Shown here in pieces: positions 27,120 through 41,300 of a DNA stretch of 64,000 nucleotides (positions within the stretch are counted from its first letter, which is position 1; every line of letters begins with the position of its first letter). The position numbers and the translations under genes were made by a program. The DNA comes from Marsupella aquatica. Lineage: Eukaryota; Plantae; Marchantiophyta. The stretch spans positions 21,923,455 to 21,987,454 of the forward strand of contig OZ316897.1 of NCBI GenBank assembly GCA_973895155.1, in the 5' to 3' direction. Below the pieces are notes generated by a model, which saw only the letters and a program-made list of their open reading frames with translations, had not been told where the DNA came from and did not search any database.

Positions 27120-28150
27120 TTTAATACCCCATTGGTAATACGTGAGGATCCCCCAATACCCCACAATACATAGGCGTTACATCGTGAATCCCCACTTCAT
27201 CGTAGGCAATTTGGACGATGCGGATGCACATTATCCTGGAATTTGACGATGCGGATGCAATTTGACGCAGCAAGAAACCTGGAATCAAAAATACCCTACA
27301 AATACCCCACGGTATGCAGGTAAAATGCACAAGTAATCCCCACTTCGACATAGGAAATCTGGACGGTGAAGATGCATATCATCCTACAAACCTCCAGGGC
27401 TGTTAGCGAAGCCACCTGGAGAGTGGCAATTGGAAGTGGCATACCAAATACCCCAACGATACCCCAGGGTATGCGGGTAATGTGCACACAGAACCCCCAC
27501 TTTACAACAGGAAATTTGGATGGTGGAGATGCATATCATCCTGCACACCTCCAGGGCTGCCAGCGAGGCCACCTGGAGAGCGGCCATTGGACGCTGACAA
27601 CCCAAATACCCCAGAGATACACTAATGTATGCGGGTAATATGCACACGGAATCCCCACTTTACCACAACAAAATTGGATGGTGGAGATGAATATAATCCT
27701 GCACACCTCAGCGAAGCCACTTGGAGAGCGGCAATTGGACGCTGACATCCCAAATACCCCAGCGATACCCCACAGTATGCGCGTAATATGCACACGGATG
27801 TTGCGGAGAGCGCGACCATCCAAGGACCTGGATTATGCCAACTGCCTCCGGCTTATACAAATAAACACGCAAATGTGGGGAAATGCGGAGTCGCTAAACC
27901 CTTCTGTAGTTGGGTATATTACGGGAAACGCCCCAAATGTCACGCCTGTGAGACACATAGGCAAATTACCCCAGGGAAACGTCGAACTGCTAGAAGTATC
28001 AAATCCCTCGTTATGTATGGGAAAGCATGGGTATTTTCAACCAAATTCCCTAAGATGTCCGGAATCCCCACTTCTTTGTTATGGTACACTGATTCACCAA
28101 GTCAGGTGGGGAAATCCCCAACTCCTCGACCTGCATATCCTCCTTGTGCT
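27120..28150. repeat. About 158-bp tandem repeats rich in ATACCCC/AATCCCCAC, subterminal-repeat-like
   Basis: Units start near 27301, 27459, 27617 and 27765; inverted motifs (gtggggaaat) after 27870; host duplicated DNA resumes near 28197. Confidence 0.75.
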
Positions 28151-28196
28151 TCACTCAACAAACTTTCGCACCCAAGCCTTATTTTAACATGCTATA

Positions 28197-28680
28197 TGCT
28201 TGATTGACCTACATTTCAAATCCAGTCCCATGTGTAATATTAAAAGACGGTATTCAAGATGGCAAACTTTTGTCTTGGTTTTGAATTTAGTCTTATAACA
28301 GAAGTAAATGCTGATGTCACACTAAAAGTTCTCTCCGGTTCAGCTGGCCTGGGGGCTTTTTACACAGCAAGCTTCAGCTTTCAAAGATCAAGCGCATGCC
28401 CTTAGCCTTCAATACACTCTCGTACGTACCAATAATCAACAAGATGAAGTCAGGTCTAAGTACAACGCTTGGATCAGAATGACCCATGGGACCGGATTGC
28501 CCCGGCCACGGGAGGAAGGGACCCAGAGACGAAGTACATTCACAAGTACTTTTCTGGACCCTCGGAGTTATTACAGATGACGATTATATTGGTGGGTAGC
28601 ATATTACAGATGACGATCATATTGGTGGGTAGCAAGTACAGGAAAGGAAAGTAACTGGGAAACATGATATTGTTTTGGGT
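28197..28680 (+). repeat. Segmental duplication, direct copy of about 39160-39642
   Basis: tgcttgattgacc.acatttcaaatccagtcccatgtgta... shared through ...gtaactgg.aaacatgata. Confidence 0.9.
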
Positions 28681-28691
28681 CATGACACAGC

Positions 28692-29905
28692 CGATTTCGT
28701 GATTGTTTGTTGTGATTCCAAAACAATGATTGTATATGGACCAGGACCTCATGGCTTTTCAATGATCTCCTTCAGACGCCTCGCTTCAGGGTCGCAACCC
28801 TTGCCATTCTAACCTGAGTAGCCATTCCTATACATCCTCTCAAAGATGCACAAACGAGGTCCCGAACTGATCTAAAGTAGGTCTGAAGCTTTTTAATTCA
28901 CCATCCTATGAGTGTGCCAAAAGTGAGCCGTCATGCAGGTACATTTCCCGCACTGGGGCAGCAAATTAGCTCAAGGAAAATCAGGTAGACACATTTTAAT
29001 TAATAATTCAGTCACAGCCTGCCACTGGACCCACTGAGCCAGAGGCGCGACCAGTACGTACCTGGAGTAGCCCTGAATTAGAACTTGAGGAAGGATTCTT
29101 GGTGGTCAATTAATATTTATGTCCTTTTACATTTAGACCAGTACTGAGGCTCCGAATGGTCAATCTCGGTCAGTTTTTCGACCGAGATCGACAATTTTTT
29201 CAACCGAGACCGACATCGAGGTTATTCGTCGAGTTGGGTGGCCTTTTTATTTCAAGTCTAACTTTGTGAAGGAAGAACTAAGGGGGAAGAGCATATATAC
29301 AAGGAGCCAAGCCGAGAGATAATATTTTGAAGCAGCATGCATGCATGGCAGGGAAAGAGAAAGCTTTAGAGCTCGTACCACTCGGCAAGGGTGAGCAGAG
29401 CACGCCTCTGCTACTTGCTGAAGACATGGACGCCAAGCCCACGTACCGTTGGGAAGGGTGAAGCTAGCACCTCTGCGGACGTAGCTCAAACGAGAGCTCA
29501 AATAGTTTCAAACCGTTCGTACGTATCAAGAAATAGGGTGAGGTTGGGTCCTGGACTTGGGATGTAAGTTCCAATATCTGCGCCATGATCTGTGAGAACC
29601 CACATTGCGGTTCCCTGCATCGAGTGCTGGCAGGCTACTCTAGCAACCACTGAAAAGTGCACGGTCAGATGCGATGTTTGCACCATGCCAAATTCAAAAG
29701 ATTGAGTGCCCGATTGAGTGATTTCTGGCCACGAAGTTGGTTGGTAGAAGCAAGTCAAATGGTTCCTTCAGTTATCGGGTGGCCTGGGCCGGGGACTTAC
29801 CAGAAAACAGTGTCATGTGCATGGAGTATTGTTTCAAGAATTTTTCTGCAGTTAAATCTTGTTCTATTCTTCATTGTCGGCATTTCAGCTTTGGATACAG
29901 AAGAC
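28692..29905 (+). repeat. Segmental duplication, direct copy of about 55375-56558
   Basis: Long near-identity, e.g. cagacgcctcgcttcagggtc through catttcagctttggatacag. Confidence 0.9.
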
Positions 29906-32900
29906 TTTCTTACTTAATCCGCAACTCAATTCTCTGCAAACCAGCTTTCACGTTAGAACAATACATTTTAGCACATCCACTCCGCCTTGGAATATATGCG
30001 AATTTATTATTCGGGTGATCAAGATATCTGGAAAACTCTTCGGTGGAATTCAGAAGAGTCGAACTTGGGCCGACTATTGTTCAATACATCCTAGCTAGAC
30101 TCTCTTAGGCAACCAGTTGCGTGGGTTTTTCACATTTTCATCTCGACTCCATCAGTGTCGATCAAGTCACAAGTTAAGGTCCATCTGCAGAACTGCAAGA
30201 TTTAGGGGAAGGACAAATGATTTTCTATATAAGTAAAATCAAATCTTTCCTTCAATATCGTGAGTGATAAAATGAGACGTTCAATTCAGTCTAGAAAGAG
30301 CGGAATAAATGTCCATTGGACCCTCGATTGGACCAGGTATCTGTGGATGGTAAAAACACTAGTTAGTGCTATATGTCTAAGTACAGAAGAAAACATTTTG
30401 GAGTACATTTGGGTTGTGCTGGTCCATGGGGGTTTTAGTTCCTAATATACGCAATGGACATATATAGCCACCTCTACAGTCCTGTCCTGACCTTTCCCTG
30501 AAAAATAACTTTTCTTCCCCATTTGGTTGGCCAGAAAGACCCTCCTGTGCTTATGTGACCCTCGATCTGTCTCACTATACAGTAGGTGCCTTGCCCTCGC
30601 CCTTACCTGCATCCACCTGCAGCGGTACCTTAGCAGCAGCTGTATGCGGGTCGCGGTACTATCTGCCGTGACATATCTCAGGAGTGGCTTTCCAAAGAAA
30701 TAGCTTAATTAGTGGCTGCATTGGCAGCACTCGCGCGTGAAAAAGATTGGAAAATCTTGCCCAAGAAGGCGATAGTCTTGTAGCACATTTTCCCATTGGT
30801 TTAATTGAAAAAATAACTCTTGTCCTCCCTCTCTGATGCGCCCCAGCCCTTGGCCTCGCTCATGCAGGGACGCGGAGGAGGGAGAGGGGAGGGAAAGGAG
30901 AGAGGAGAAGAGGGAAAGGGGGTATGGGGAGAATAATGAGAAAAGGGAAGAAAAGGAAAAAGAAAAAACCAGCGTCTCCTTAAAGTTGTAGCCACCGTGG
31001 CTCTTAGAAAGACATGGCTTTCACAATTAGATTAACCAAAATGAGAACATTTTTGCACTAACAATCACCCATTCAACCAAAACAACTTGTACACAAGTTG
31101 GACAACACCACATGACCCCAAACATGATTGCACAGACCATATTAATTGCTAACCTGGGTCAGAGTGCACAGGCACACGTCAACAACAATGACGGCCTCAA
31201 TGACAGCCCATCTGAAACAATATTTGAGGTCCATGACTGCAACATGGTCCCCATGACGACCAGGCCACCAACAACAACACAGTTGCAATGAATAAGCGTG
31301 CCAGCTCTCTACAACAGTTTTGTGCCTCACTGACTTTACTTGCCTTGGAGATTTTCACGCTTTGTTGACATGCATACTTTTGCATCAAGATGAGCAACTT
31401 CAATATATATCTCATGTCACAACATTTCATAGTTCTACCCCGAGTTTTGATCACCTGTACTTTTTTGCCTCATCTTAACTCAAGGGCATTAGACTAGTGT
31501 AGTATAATTGAGATACATTTATACTTACAGGAATACAAACTAGCTCCGATCCAGATATTAATTAAGTGTACGTACGAGGACTGCTTGCAAGAAGTTATCT
31601 GTCATTGAGACACAAAACACCTATACCCAAGGCGTCGAGCATGCAGGATCAAGAACACTATTGTAATCTACCCCAAAGTTTGTTATTAGAATCGTTGGTC
31701 TTAGATCAAAGATTTAAAGGAGGACAGTAAGAACAGTATGCTGAAAGAGTGAAGTGGGTAAGGTGTCGTCCAGTGTCTTTAACCGTACGTGTTTTCCTGG
31801 TGGTTGATCTGGGTTACCCCCTGCGAGAAATGGTCACCTGCAGGAGAATGCTATCTCATATATGGATCGAGAGAGTGATCAATGGGCTCTTGCCTAGGAT
31901 GGAAGCCCGCGTGAACTGTGTGCTGTTGCTGACTTTTTCTCTCTATCTGGAACAGAGTCGAGATCTAAAGATGATGAGCCACGTCGAGAGATAGTACAGT
32001 TTACATCAGAAAGTAGTGTGAAGGTGGGTGGACGTCAGTGAAGTTGCGAAGTTCATCATGTTTGTGTAAGCTGGGCGGAGGCAAAGGAAGGTTTAGGAGA
32101 AGATCTTCCATGTGAACATGTATTACAGAGGTCGTCACAGGGTGCTACACTGATATAGGTCAATGTCGACGCATTCTGTTTAAGGGAAGAGACGTTGCGT
32201 CGGCTCTGTCAATTCATTGGGTCCACATGGCAACAAGTTTCTGGAGACTAGCTTCTGGGCATGTTGATTAGTAATCACCTTGTTCACATGCATGGATTGC
32301 GCCATGACATTGAAGCGTGTCACTAGAGTAGCAGACCGGAGACAAATGAATGACAAAGAGGTGTATATAACTACCGTTAGACTTGCTGATGAACGTGGCT
32401 TGAGGCTTGCGCTCGAAAGTATGTCGAGTGAAGTCTGGGATTTTGGGATGCGCGCTGGAAAAGTCGATGATGATGCGCGCCATAAACCGGACTTCAATTA
32501 CTCAGTATATATTTACAATCTCGATATATATATTCATGTTCTTGAAAAACGTGCACACCGTTTCGAAAGGAAACAAGAATTTCGTCAAGAAAGTCATTGC
32601 ATATATATTGAGTAAAATTTTTGGAGTTTTTATACGTAGCTAGCTAGGCCGGCCATGATAGACTAGGCGGTAAGGGAGTGAGTGTAAGCAGTAGATAGGG
32701 ATCGACTGTGATGGAGGTTCCCGCCCCACACCCGGTTAATGTCCTGAGTAAAATCAGATATAGGTTGAAAAAAGCAAGGAAACATAATACCATTTAATGC
32801 ATACGTTTCCCCTCTAATTTTATTCTATAGGTGGTTCTAACTTTACTGATATAGTCCCAGAGATTGCTCTGCTGTTGGATCCCGATAACATGACATGCAA

Positions 32901-33926
32901 TGAAATCCTCCTACTCTTCGGTAGTTAAGCTTCGCCTACTTAATTCCGGACGGTTCGAATTCTGATTGCAGTAAGTTAAGTTGATCCATTATGGTTAATT
33001 ACCATATATCTGTGCGGCTGTACGTTCGTTGATTTGTCGGGTCACTTCCGTTGCCTCGTTCCTCGGGAGACTCTACGAGATTCTAACGTTGTTTTCGTTC
33101 TGTGAATGTCTCGCTTGGTCTGTTCATTACACGCATATATAGTTCAGATCGTCAGTACGCAAGAGTAATGAGGATCGTGTGTTGGACTGCTGAACAGCCA
33201 AAAACAAATTTTCAAGCAACTGATAGCGACAAGAGAGTAATATTCGAGAAGAGATATCCCCAATCGTCATAATGACCGAGACCATATTATATCTCGGAGG
33301 TTGAACTTATCAATCACAACACAAAACGTTCTACCCTTGTGTCATGGGATGTTGGTATAAACAAACTAAGACGCAAGGTGAGAGGGAAGAATATGGCCAC
33401 CTCTGCCTCAGTGGACACCGACTCCGCCCCCAATGATGGTACAAGCGCCCCCCTGCAGGGACATCTGGCCGGGGCTTTCACCTCCTTGCCCGAAGGCAGA
33501 AAAAGGAAGAAGACAAACGGTTTATCTCATTGCAAATGATTATGATTAATGACAATCAGCTAAACACATAAAAACCAATTAAGGAACTTTACTGAATAAA
33601 AAGATAGTCACGGAAGTATATGAATATACATGTGGCAGCCGTCATTCCCAGTCAGAATTGTTGCCAATGCAAAATGTGGAGAGCACAACTACCCTACCCT
33701 AACTCCATCGATTTATTTTCCTATCTTAGCGAGACAGACAGTTGTCCGCAGACATGATCGACAAGCTATCACGGTTGGATCGAGTGCAAGTATCATACAT
33801 CTTGCAAATTATCTAGTATATATTATCTCTTCAGACAGTGTCTGCATCCGACATCAGACTCCTAGCTTTCCTACTGGAAATCACAGCTAGTTAGCTAGTC
33901 ATAACTTTCTTTTGGGCGCACCCACG

Positions 33927-34469
33927 TCACATCTGCTTGTAAGAAGCACCATGAGATTCGAGCCAATTTGCTTTCTCTGCATCGGGGATGTTCTGCATCT
34001 GCGAGTACATCTCAGCTGCTTCGGAGGTTGTGAGAATCCAGTTACCCTTCGTGCCATCGTCAGTGTAGACTATACCAGTAGGCTTCATCTGGCTGTCACA
34101 TGTCTGGGAATCAGTGAGGAGCGATCGGCGTCGAGCTGGGTACCAGAAAGCTCCGGTGAACTGGCCTCCAAGCAAGCAGAAGTTGCCGCTGCCCGTGCCG
34201 ACCTGCGTGGTGCAGCCTCCATCTCTGTAAAATTTGCTTGCCTGAGAACTTCCAGATGTGCTTGTGACCAGGACAGAGCCGCCGTCTATTGCGCTCACTT
34301 CACAGCAAATCTGGGCTCCGATGCCATTGAATGAGTAGCCTGACCCACTGCACTGCGAGGTGCTTTCGTAGAAGATGATATCAACTGCTCCAACGAGGCT
34401 TGAGAACTGCAGCAACAGAAGCACTGGCAGCACCGTATACATGACGCCCTTTGCGCTGATCTTCACCAT
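33927..34469 (-). CDS. Secreted Cys-rich precursor, copy 1 (180 aa, 6 Cys)
   Basis: Signal peptide ending LVGA|VD, internal RRRSLL motif, 5'-UTR intron 34491-34777, TATA-like TATTTAAG near 34915; two paralogs in the window. Confidence 0.9.
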   Translation of the reverse strand: MVKISAKGVMYTVLPVLLLLQFSSLVGAVDIIFYESTSQCSGSGYSFNGIGAQICCEVSAIDGGSVLVTSTSGSSQASKFYRDGGCTTQVGTGSGNFCLLGGQFTGAFWYPARRRSLLTDSQTCDSQMKPTGIVYTDDGTKGNWILTTSEAAEMYSQMQNIPDAEKANWLESHGASYKQM

Positions 34470-35744
34470 CGTGGAAAGTTTGAAAAGGTCCTGCAAAATA
34501 AGTCAGACCGACCCATCCCTCAGTTAGTCCCAGAAAAGCAATCGCATGGGCTAGCTGCAAGCGCTTGCTATATTATCAGACATTCAAACAGATGTTGTGC
34601 GTACTGTGAAAAACAACGAAACAGCTTTGTGCATCAAACAGATTTGGCATCCATGTGCGAATTGAAAGCTTGGCACAAGAAATAGAAACCAGTCGACTGC
34701 GCAATGGCACCATTCAAACATAAGTGTTGGGCTATCGCGCGTCTTCACAGAAGGTTTCTCTCAAGAGGCTAACATACCGATATATTACTCAGCTCAGCTA
34801 AGGTACTTACTAGCTAGAATTGAGCAACGAGTTGAGATGCGAATACACTTGTAGATCGTGAATGGCAGCGGTGAGAATGAGAATGATATGAGCTACGGTG
34901 GTTTGCATGGCTTAAATACTAATATGGTGCAGACCTTTTCTTCAAGTCTGGACCGTAGAGCCGTGCCAAGTCCTGTGTAGCAGGTCTTATCTTCCCAAAA
35001 GGATCGAGAACATCATGTTGACAATTAATTTCTTTCCAGCTAGTATCACTTTCGACAGTGCTGCAGTTTGGGTACGGTCATTTTCTGTGGGAACGTTCAT
35101 TCTGCAGAAGAGAGGTGTCAGAATTCGGGTATCATTATCATCTGAGCAATCACCATTGAATAAAAACTACTTAGTCACACTAGTACTAGGCATACTGGTT
35201 TACCCTCCAATATGGAAAGTGTCCACCACTTAGCTAGCAAAGATATTAAATAACGAAAGGTTAATTTCCAATTTCTACATAGGTTTCTACATAGGTTGCC
35301 CATCCGGAAAGTAATTTGTTATGTTTTCTTACTTAGAACATAACTATAGAACATAACTAAAAAACATGTATCATATTTACGGACCCCCATTAGGGGTCTC
35401 TTGCAAATTCTCTGTCATGAGGTTGCACCACATCACCACAACCAGCCTCAAACAGGAATGATCTTATTTTTAACAATAACAAATGTGCACATTCCTGTTT
35501 GTGGCAAAAGCAACATAATTTTTGGGGCGCCATACCGTAAATATTAAACGTAAAAAAACCAAAATACAAAGAAAGAGATGTCATTTAGTAAAACAAAGTT
35601 ACCATTTTGATGTTTGTCAAAGATATATCAATGTTTTATATCAAAATGTTTGTATTTTCTAATTGTTTGTAAGTTTGAAAAAACCAATCGATAGAAATGT
35701 ACATAGTTAAAACCTCTTTGGCTTCACATTGTAAACTAAATATT

Positions 35745-36230
35745 AATAAATCTCCTTAGTACTTGATAAACTCTGTCAATGTTTGATTCATTGGAAAACT
35801 CAAGATCAAGATTTAGAAACTCGTGACCTCTTTAGTAATGTCTTGATAAAATCTCTCAACGTCACACTCATTAGAAAGCTATAGTAAAAGTAAAAACTTA
35901 TCATCTCCTTAGTACTTGACAAAATCTATCAATGTTAGATTGATTGGAAAGTTAGATAAATTTAGATACTCATGATCTCTCTATATATTGACAAATAATC
36001 TCAATGTCACACATTAGAAAGCTAAAGAAATTGAAAATCTCCTGATCTCTTTAATACCGTGACAAAATCTGACATTGAATTTGTCAATGTCGGACTCAAT
36101 GTTGGAAAGCTAAAAGAATTCATGAACTCATGATCAAATTTTTTTATGCTCACACTCATTGGAAAGGCAAAGAAATTCAAAAACTCATATGGAACTTGAC
36201 AAAATTTGTCAATCTGAGGCTCATTGGAAA
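35745..36230 (+). repeat. Degenerate tandem repeat of about 60-70 bp (ttgacaaaatct.tcaatgt...cattggaaag)
   Basis: The motif recurs about seven times. Confidence 0.7.
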
Positions 36231-37879
36231 CCCATTCTCAATTAAGAGGTATCACAATCTCTTCACCATCATAAACTTAGCCGCTACAAATTGATTTCTT
36301 TGATTACGTCGTCATTGCTTGTCCACAATGAGTGCTTTCCGACTTGAATTGTTTGCATCTCTTAGATAGTCTTCAACTAAAGTTCACTCTGAACACAGGT
36401 TGACGCCAAATGCAGCCTCTATGTCAAAGAAACAATTGTTGGTCTTCCCCTCACACCATAGCTTTTTTAAATAAAAATAACTACAAATCTTTTGTGTGAA
36501 ATGATGGCTCGTTCGTTTTGTGTGTTCTTCCCATTGAATCGACAAGCACTCTTTAGCCAACAGCTGAGTGTTGTGCTCCAGTCTGTCTTGTGACGGTAAT
36601 GCTCAATGTAACTCACAAACAATCAATCAAGAATGGTTGAAACATGATTTCTCCAATGTGTAAGCAAAACCTGTCAAAAAACTCAATTCCTCCACATTCA
36701 ACCTTCTGTTTGATAAATCTATATCTTTTGAGCATTTCTTTTGTGCAAGCACACACCAATACCATCGGGAGACTCAAAACCGTCAGTTACCGTCTTGCTG
36801 AAAATTGATTTCACTTAATCACACACACATTCCTTGGATGAACATGGGGGTCCACGGATTAATTTATGACTTACATTAACTATGAGTCATTTTTAATATG
36901 AAATTTAACATTTTTATTCCTCATGGGATGGGATGCTCCTTAATTTCAAAATCAATGGAAACATGGACAGTCACATCATTCAGCACTATTGCTCACAAAC
37001 CAGAATAACCAACTTTTTAGTCCATATAAAACTGTAGACCCGTGCCTATTAAACAAGAGTTGTGACCAGGGAGCCAGGTTACTTTGTCTTATTGCAGGAC
37101 ATTTTTTATATGCATTTTAATTACATTTTGCCTTAGATAATGTGCATCTTCTGTAATGCAATTTTGAAATTGTTTTTGACCCCCTCTGAGTGTTTTGAAT
37201 TTCTTTTATGTACACCTTCTGTTTAAGTCTATATTTATTTTTCAATCTTGCCAACTCTTTATCAAAACATGCATGTTATTTTAAATATGTATATATATAG
37301 GTTTTATTGAATTTACATTTCATACACGTACTAAGGATACTTAAACCCGAGCTTATATATATCTTCTGGCCCAAGAGTGTGAGGCAGCCAAGGAATGTGA
37401 GAAGTTCTCACACTTCAAGATATTGCCAGCCCCTACCCTAACTTTGAACTAGCTACTGCGTAGAGTGTTGTTTCCTAAGTCTATGGTTTTGAGTGACTTA
37501 AGTGTAGCTAGCTAAACTAAGTCATTATGAGAGAAACATGAAAATCCAGCCACATGTTTTTAAAAATATTTATAATCTTCTAAGAAGAGCTAAATAGTTA
37601 TGTACTACAAAAATGACATGTTAATGTACTACAAAAATTATACCTGCGGATAAGAGTGGGGCCAACACTTTGTAAGGCCATTAGCAATGAGGAGATGGCG
37701 CAAGTCACCAAGAGAGCTTGAAAGTGGCTCATAGAAAATTCACTACTTTCTAAAAAGAATGAGTACTTATTTGTTTTAAGATTATAATCCTTTTGTTCAG
37801 GAAACACTACATAACAACCTACTGCATTTTCTTTTAGGGGATACTCACAACTTTAGTTAGCTTAAAGAAAAATGCTTTA

Positions 37880-38330
37880 CTTATTTATCTAGATACAACA
37901 CTACTATTTTTTTTAATACCATAATTATGAGGAAGGTTGCTTAAAGTTGGAGAACCTTAGCCCTGTCAGCCCGCCTGTCAGTTGAATTGTTGTTTAATTT
38001 CATCCCTCCACGAGTGTGTGACACATAGGGTCCTCTAGCTATAATATTCTTGCGCACCAAAACCTAACTTATGGCTATAATAGTCTTGCGCACCAAACCT
38101 AACTTATGGCTATAATAGTCTTGCGCGCCAAAACTTATCTATTTGGTGATTGCTTTCCTGATTTATCTAGAGACAACAATCCTATTTTTCTTAAAATACC
38201 ATATGAGGAAGGTTGCTCAAAGTTGGAGAACCTTATCCTTGTTGAATTGTTGTTTAATTTCATCCCTCCACGAGTGTGTGACACATAGGATACCCTAGCT
38301 ATATTAATAATCTTGCGAACCAAAACTTGG
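37880..38330 (+). repeat. Local tandem duplication of about 250 bp
   Basis: gttgaattgttgtttaatttcatccctccacgagtgtgtgacacatagg at 37981 and 38241. Confidence 0.85.
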
Positions 38331-41300
38331 CATATGCTACGTACACTAGGACGTGGATGGCTCATGGGATCCGACTGACCCAGGGAGCCAGGATGGACCC
38401 AGGCCTGGAGGATTGGGTGGACGAAAAATAGATTGCCACAGGTACTGTGGACCGGCGGAGTTGATACACATCACAATCATATTGTGGGTACCCTGTTGAT
38501 ATTACACATATTGTGATTACCCTGCAAGTACAAGGAGACTAGCTCGGAACAAGAGGGTGTATTTGCTGACCTGATGTACCTACTGTGGAAGGTCTCGACT
38601 TTGTCTCGTTAACTTATTGACCAAGCGAGACACGAAGAGTCGATAAGGTTAGTCTCCAACGAACGAATCCAGGGCCCAGGTATCCTCTTCGTTACTATAT
38701 ACACGGTAAACCCGCTGCTTGAGATGCATGACATCATGACCAATCGGCCTACATGCACAAGGTTGAAACGATTCGTTTGTGCATGGCTTCGACTGACCGC
38801 CACAGCTCGTGATAGATTATTTAGCATGGTCATGACTGTTACATTGATTGTACTCCCAGAGTCCCAGTCTTCATTTAACAAACTTTCGCGCGCAAGCCTT
38901 ATATAGGCTACGTTCACTAATAAATCAAAATTACTCTTTGTCACTCATTTGTCTCCGTCTTCCTTCAGCCAGCACACCGCTAGATTTTATTATGGTCTCT
39001 GTCATGCGATTGATGAAATCTCAAGTTCCTATATAAACTTTCATTCTTCTAAAGTGCTACTTTCCTATCCAAATTCCGTTTGATTGTTCTAATCTCTCCA
39101 CCAGTTCCTCTCAGAGGGGGTATTTGATAGCATTGAGACAATCCCATTGGCAGTTTCATGCTTGATTGACCCACATTTCAAATCCAGTCCCATGTGTATA
39201 ATATTATTGAAAGACGGTATTCAAGATGGCAAAAGATTGTCTTGGGTTTGAATGTAGTCTTATATAGAACAGAGGTAAATCACGGTGATATCACACAAAG
39301 TTCTCTGTGGTTCAGCTAGGGGGATTTTTATACAGCAAGCTTCAGCTTTCAAAGATCAAGCGCATGTCCTTAGCCATGGAGTTCAATACACTCTCGTACC
39401 AATAATTAACAAGATGAAGTCAGGTCTAAGTACACCGCTTGGACCAGTGACCGATGGGACCGGATTGACCCGGCCCTGGGAGGCTGGCACCCAGACCGCT
39501 TGGACCAGTGACCGATGGGACCGATGGCACCCAGAGACGAAGTACATTCACAAGTACTTCTCTGGACCCGCCGAGCTATTACACATCAGACACGATCATA
39601 TTGGTGGGTAGCAAGTACAGGACAGTAACTGGAAACATGATATATATAATTTTGAGAGACCAACTGGAGAGAAGATGAACCACTCCATCTGTAGCGTTGA
39701 TTCACTTTTCTTCATGAGTATAATTTTCCGTTCGAAAAAAAAAATCAAATAGCTGAATGAAGATCTGATTCAATTGTAAGTTCTGACGAACCAACCAAGC
39801 GAGGCACTAAAAGTAAACAACAGTACGAATTTCTGGAAGTCACCAAGGAAGGCGCCATCTCCGCGTGGCCAATGTTGACTTCATGACAAACGCATGGCAA
39901 CCTAGACCAACCAACTTTTAAAATCGGGCTCAAATACTGTGCACCTGCTGACATGACATCGTCTGAGCACAACACCGCATGGCCCCTGATTCCGCAAAGG
40001 TAGTGCGTCATTTTCCACGTATTGTACTTCAAACTCGATAGTCCTCAACAACCGAAGTGACCGGACTTGAAAGGAACACCAGACTAGTAATTTAAGCCAT
40101 TTTAAGCCATGCACTGTCGGCATTCCTAGTATTAGACCCGTTTTGATTTCATGTGTCAAGCTTCCAAAATCCGCTCAATGTGTGATATAGCATGCTCATC
40201 CCGGTACATGCTTGAGTTTTTGTCTTGTAGTGATTTGAAAGCAAATAAAATTTGAGAACATAACTACAAAAATTGGTACACAGTGACCAATGAAAAGTAC
40301 AATCTAGGATGCTACAATGTATGCACTTAATTCAATGTCTTCATGAATGACACTCATTTCAATAAAAACTATAAACTTATAAAAGAAAGACATAAAGGGA
40401 ACTTAAGACACAATCAGAAGCGCTTCCTGGGCAAAACTAACGGGATGGGTTGACTTAATTAGACGAACTTGGGCCGACGATTAATCAGTACCCAAGTATA
40501 CCCAGCCATACTAAGAGAGTCTAGAATAATTCACTTGGGAGAGTGGCTAATCAGTTCAATACGAATTGAGACCTAAGCTCATGGAGCTCCATCAAAATGA
40601 TGCAGAAGGGTTCTAACATTTCCTTGGTACTTAAGTACATACATCCATGCTTTAAAAAAATGCTACAGCTTAGCTTGTAGTCAAGGAGTTTATTCTACCC
40701 ATGGCTATTGACATGCAAATCTGTCAATTATATAAGAAATTGCAACTTACATTTTACTGGAAAGCACTGATATATCAATTACAACCTATCCAAATGGGTA
40801 TCTTCTTTATCATATCATTTTTCACCCCTTTATTTGTTATTTGAAGTGCTATTTTTAATATTCCTCTGGATATTCCATTGTTTTAATAGTAACAGGGTCT
40901 GCTTATTTTTCTTCATTTGCCTTGCCTCAAACAAATTGAAGAATGGTATGAGTACATATTGATATAAACAGTGACTTTACAGTGCATGTGTTGTCTCCAA
41001 AATTAAAAAGTGACAAAAAGTTCTTGACTTACGTACTAGCTTCTTGACTAGCTAGTTTAAAACATATACTAGTAGGGGTTAACCATCAGCTAATTGGCTA
41101 TGCATTGACTTCCTTATCTCTTATTGAGGTATCTGCAGCAAACAGTAGAATAAGACATACTCCCATTTCCCCCAAAATGGGGATGACTAGATACAAATTA
41201 CGACAAGGGGGGAGCAATCCCGGAGTGGGACTTGGATACACAACTTTTGGATAATAGGCAGGGGTCTAAATTTTTATAAGGACTAAAATGTTTGCTTAAA

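Noticed and set aside
27121-28207. Many overlapping ORFs on both strands
   Set aside because: They arise from the tandem repeat and show no protein-like features.
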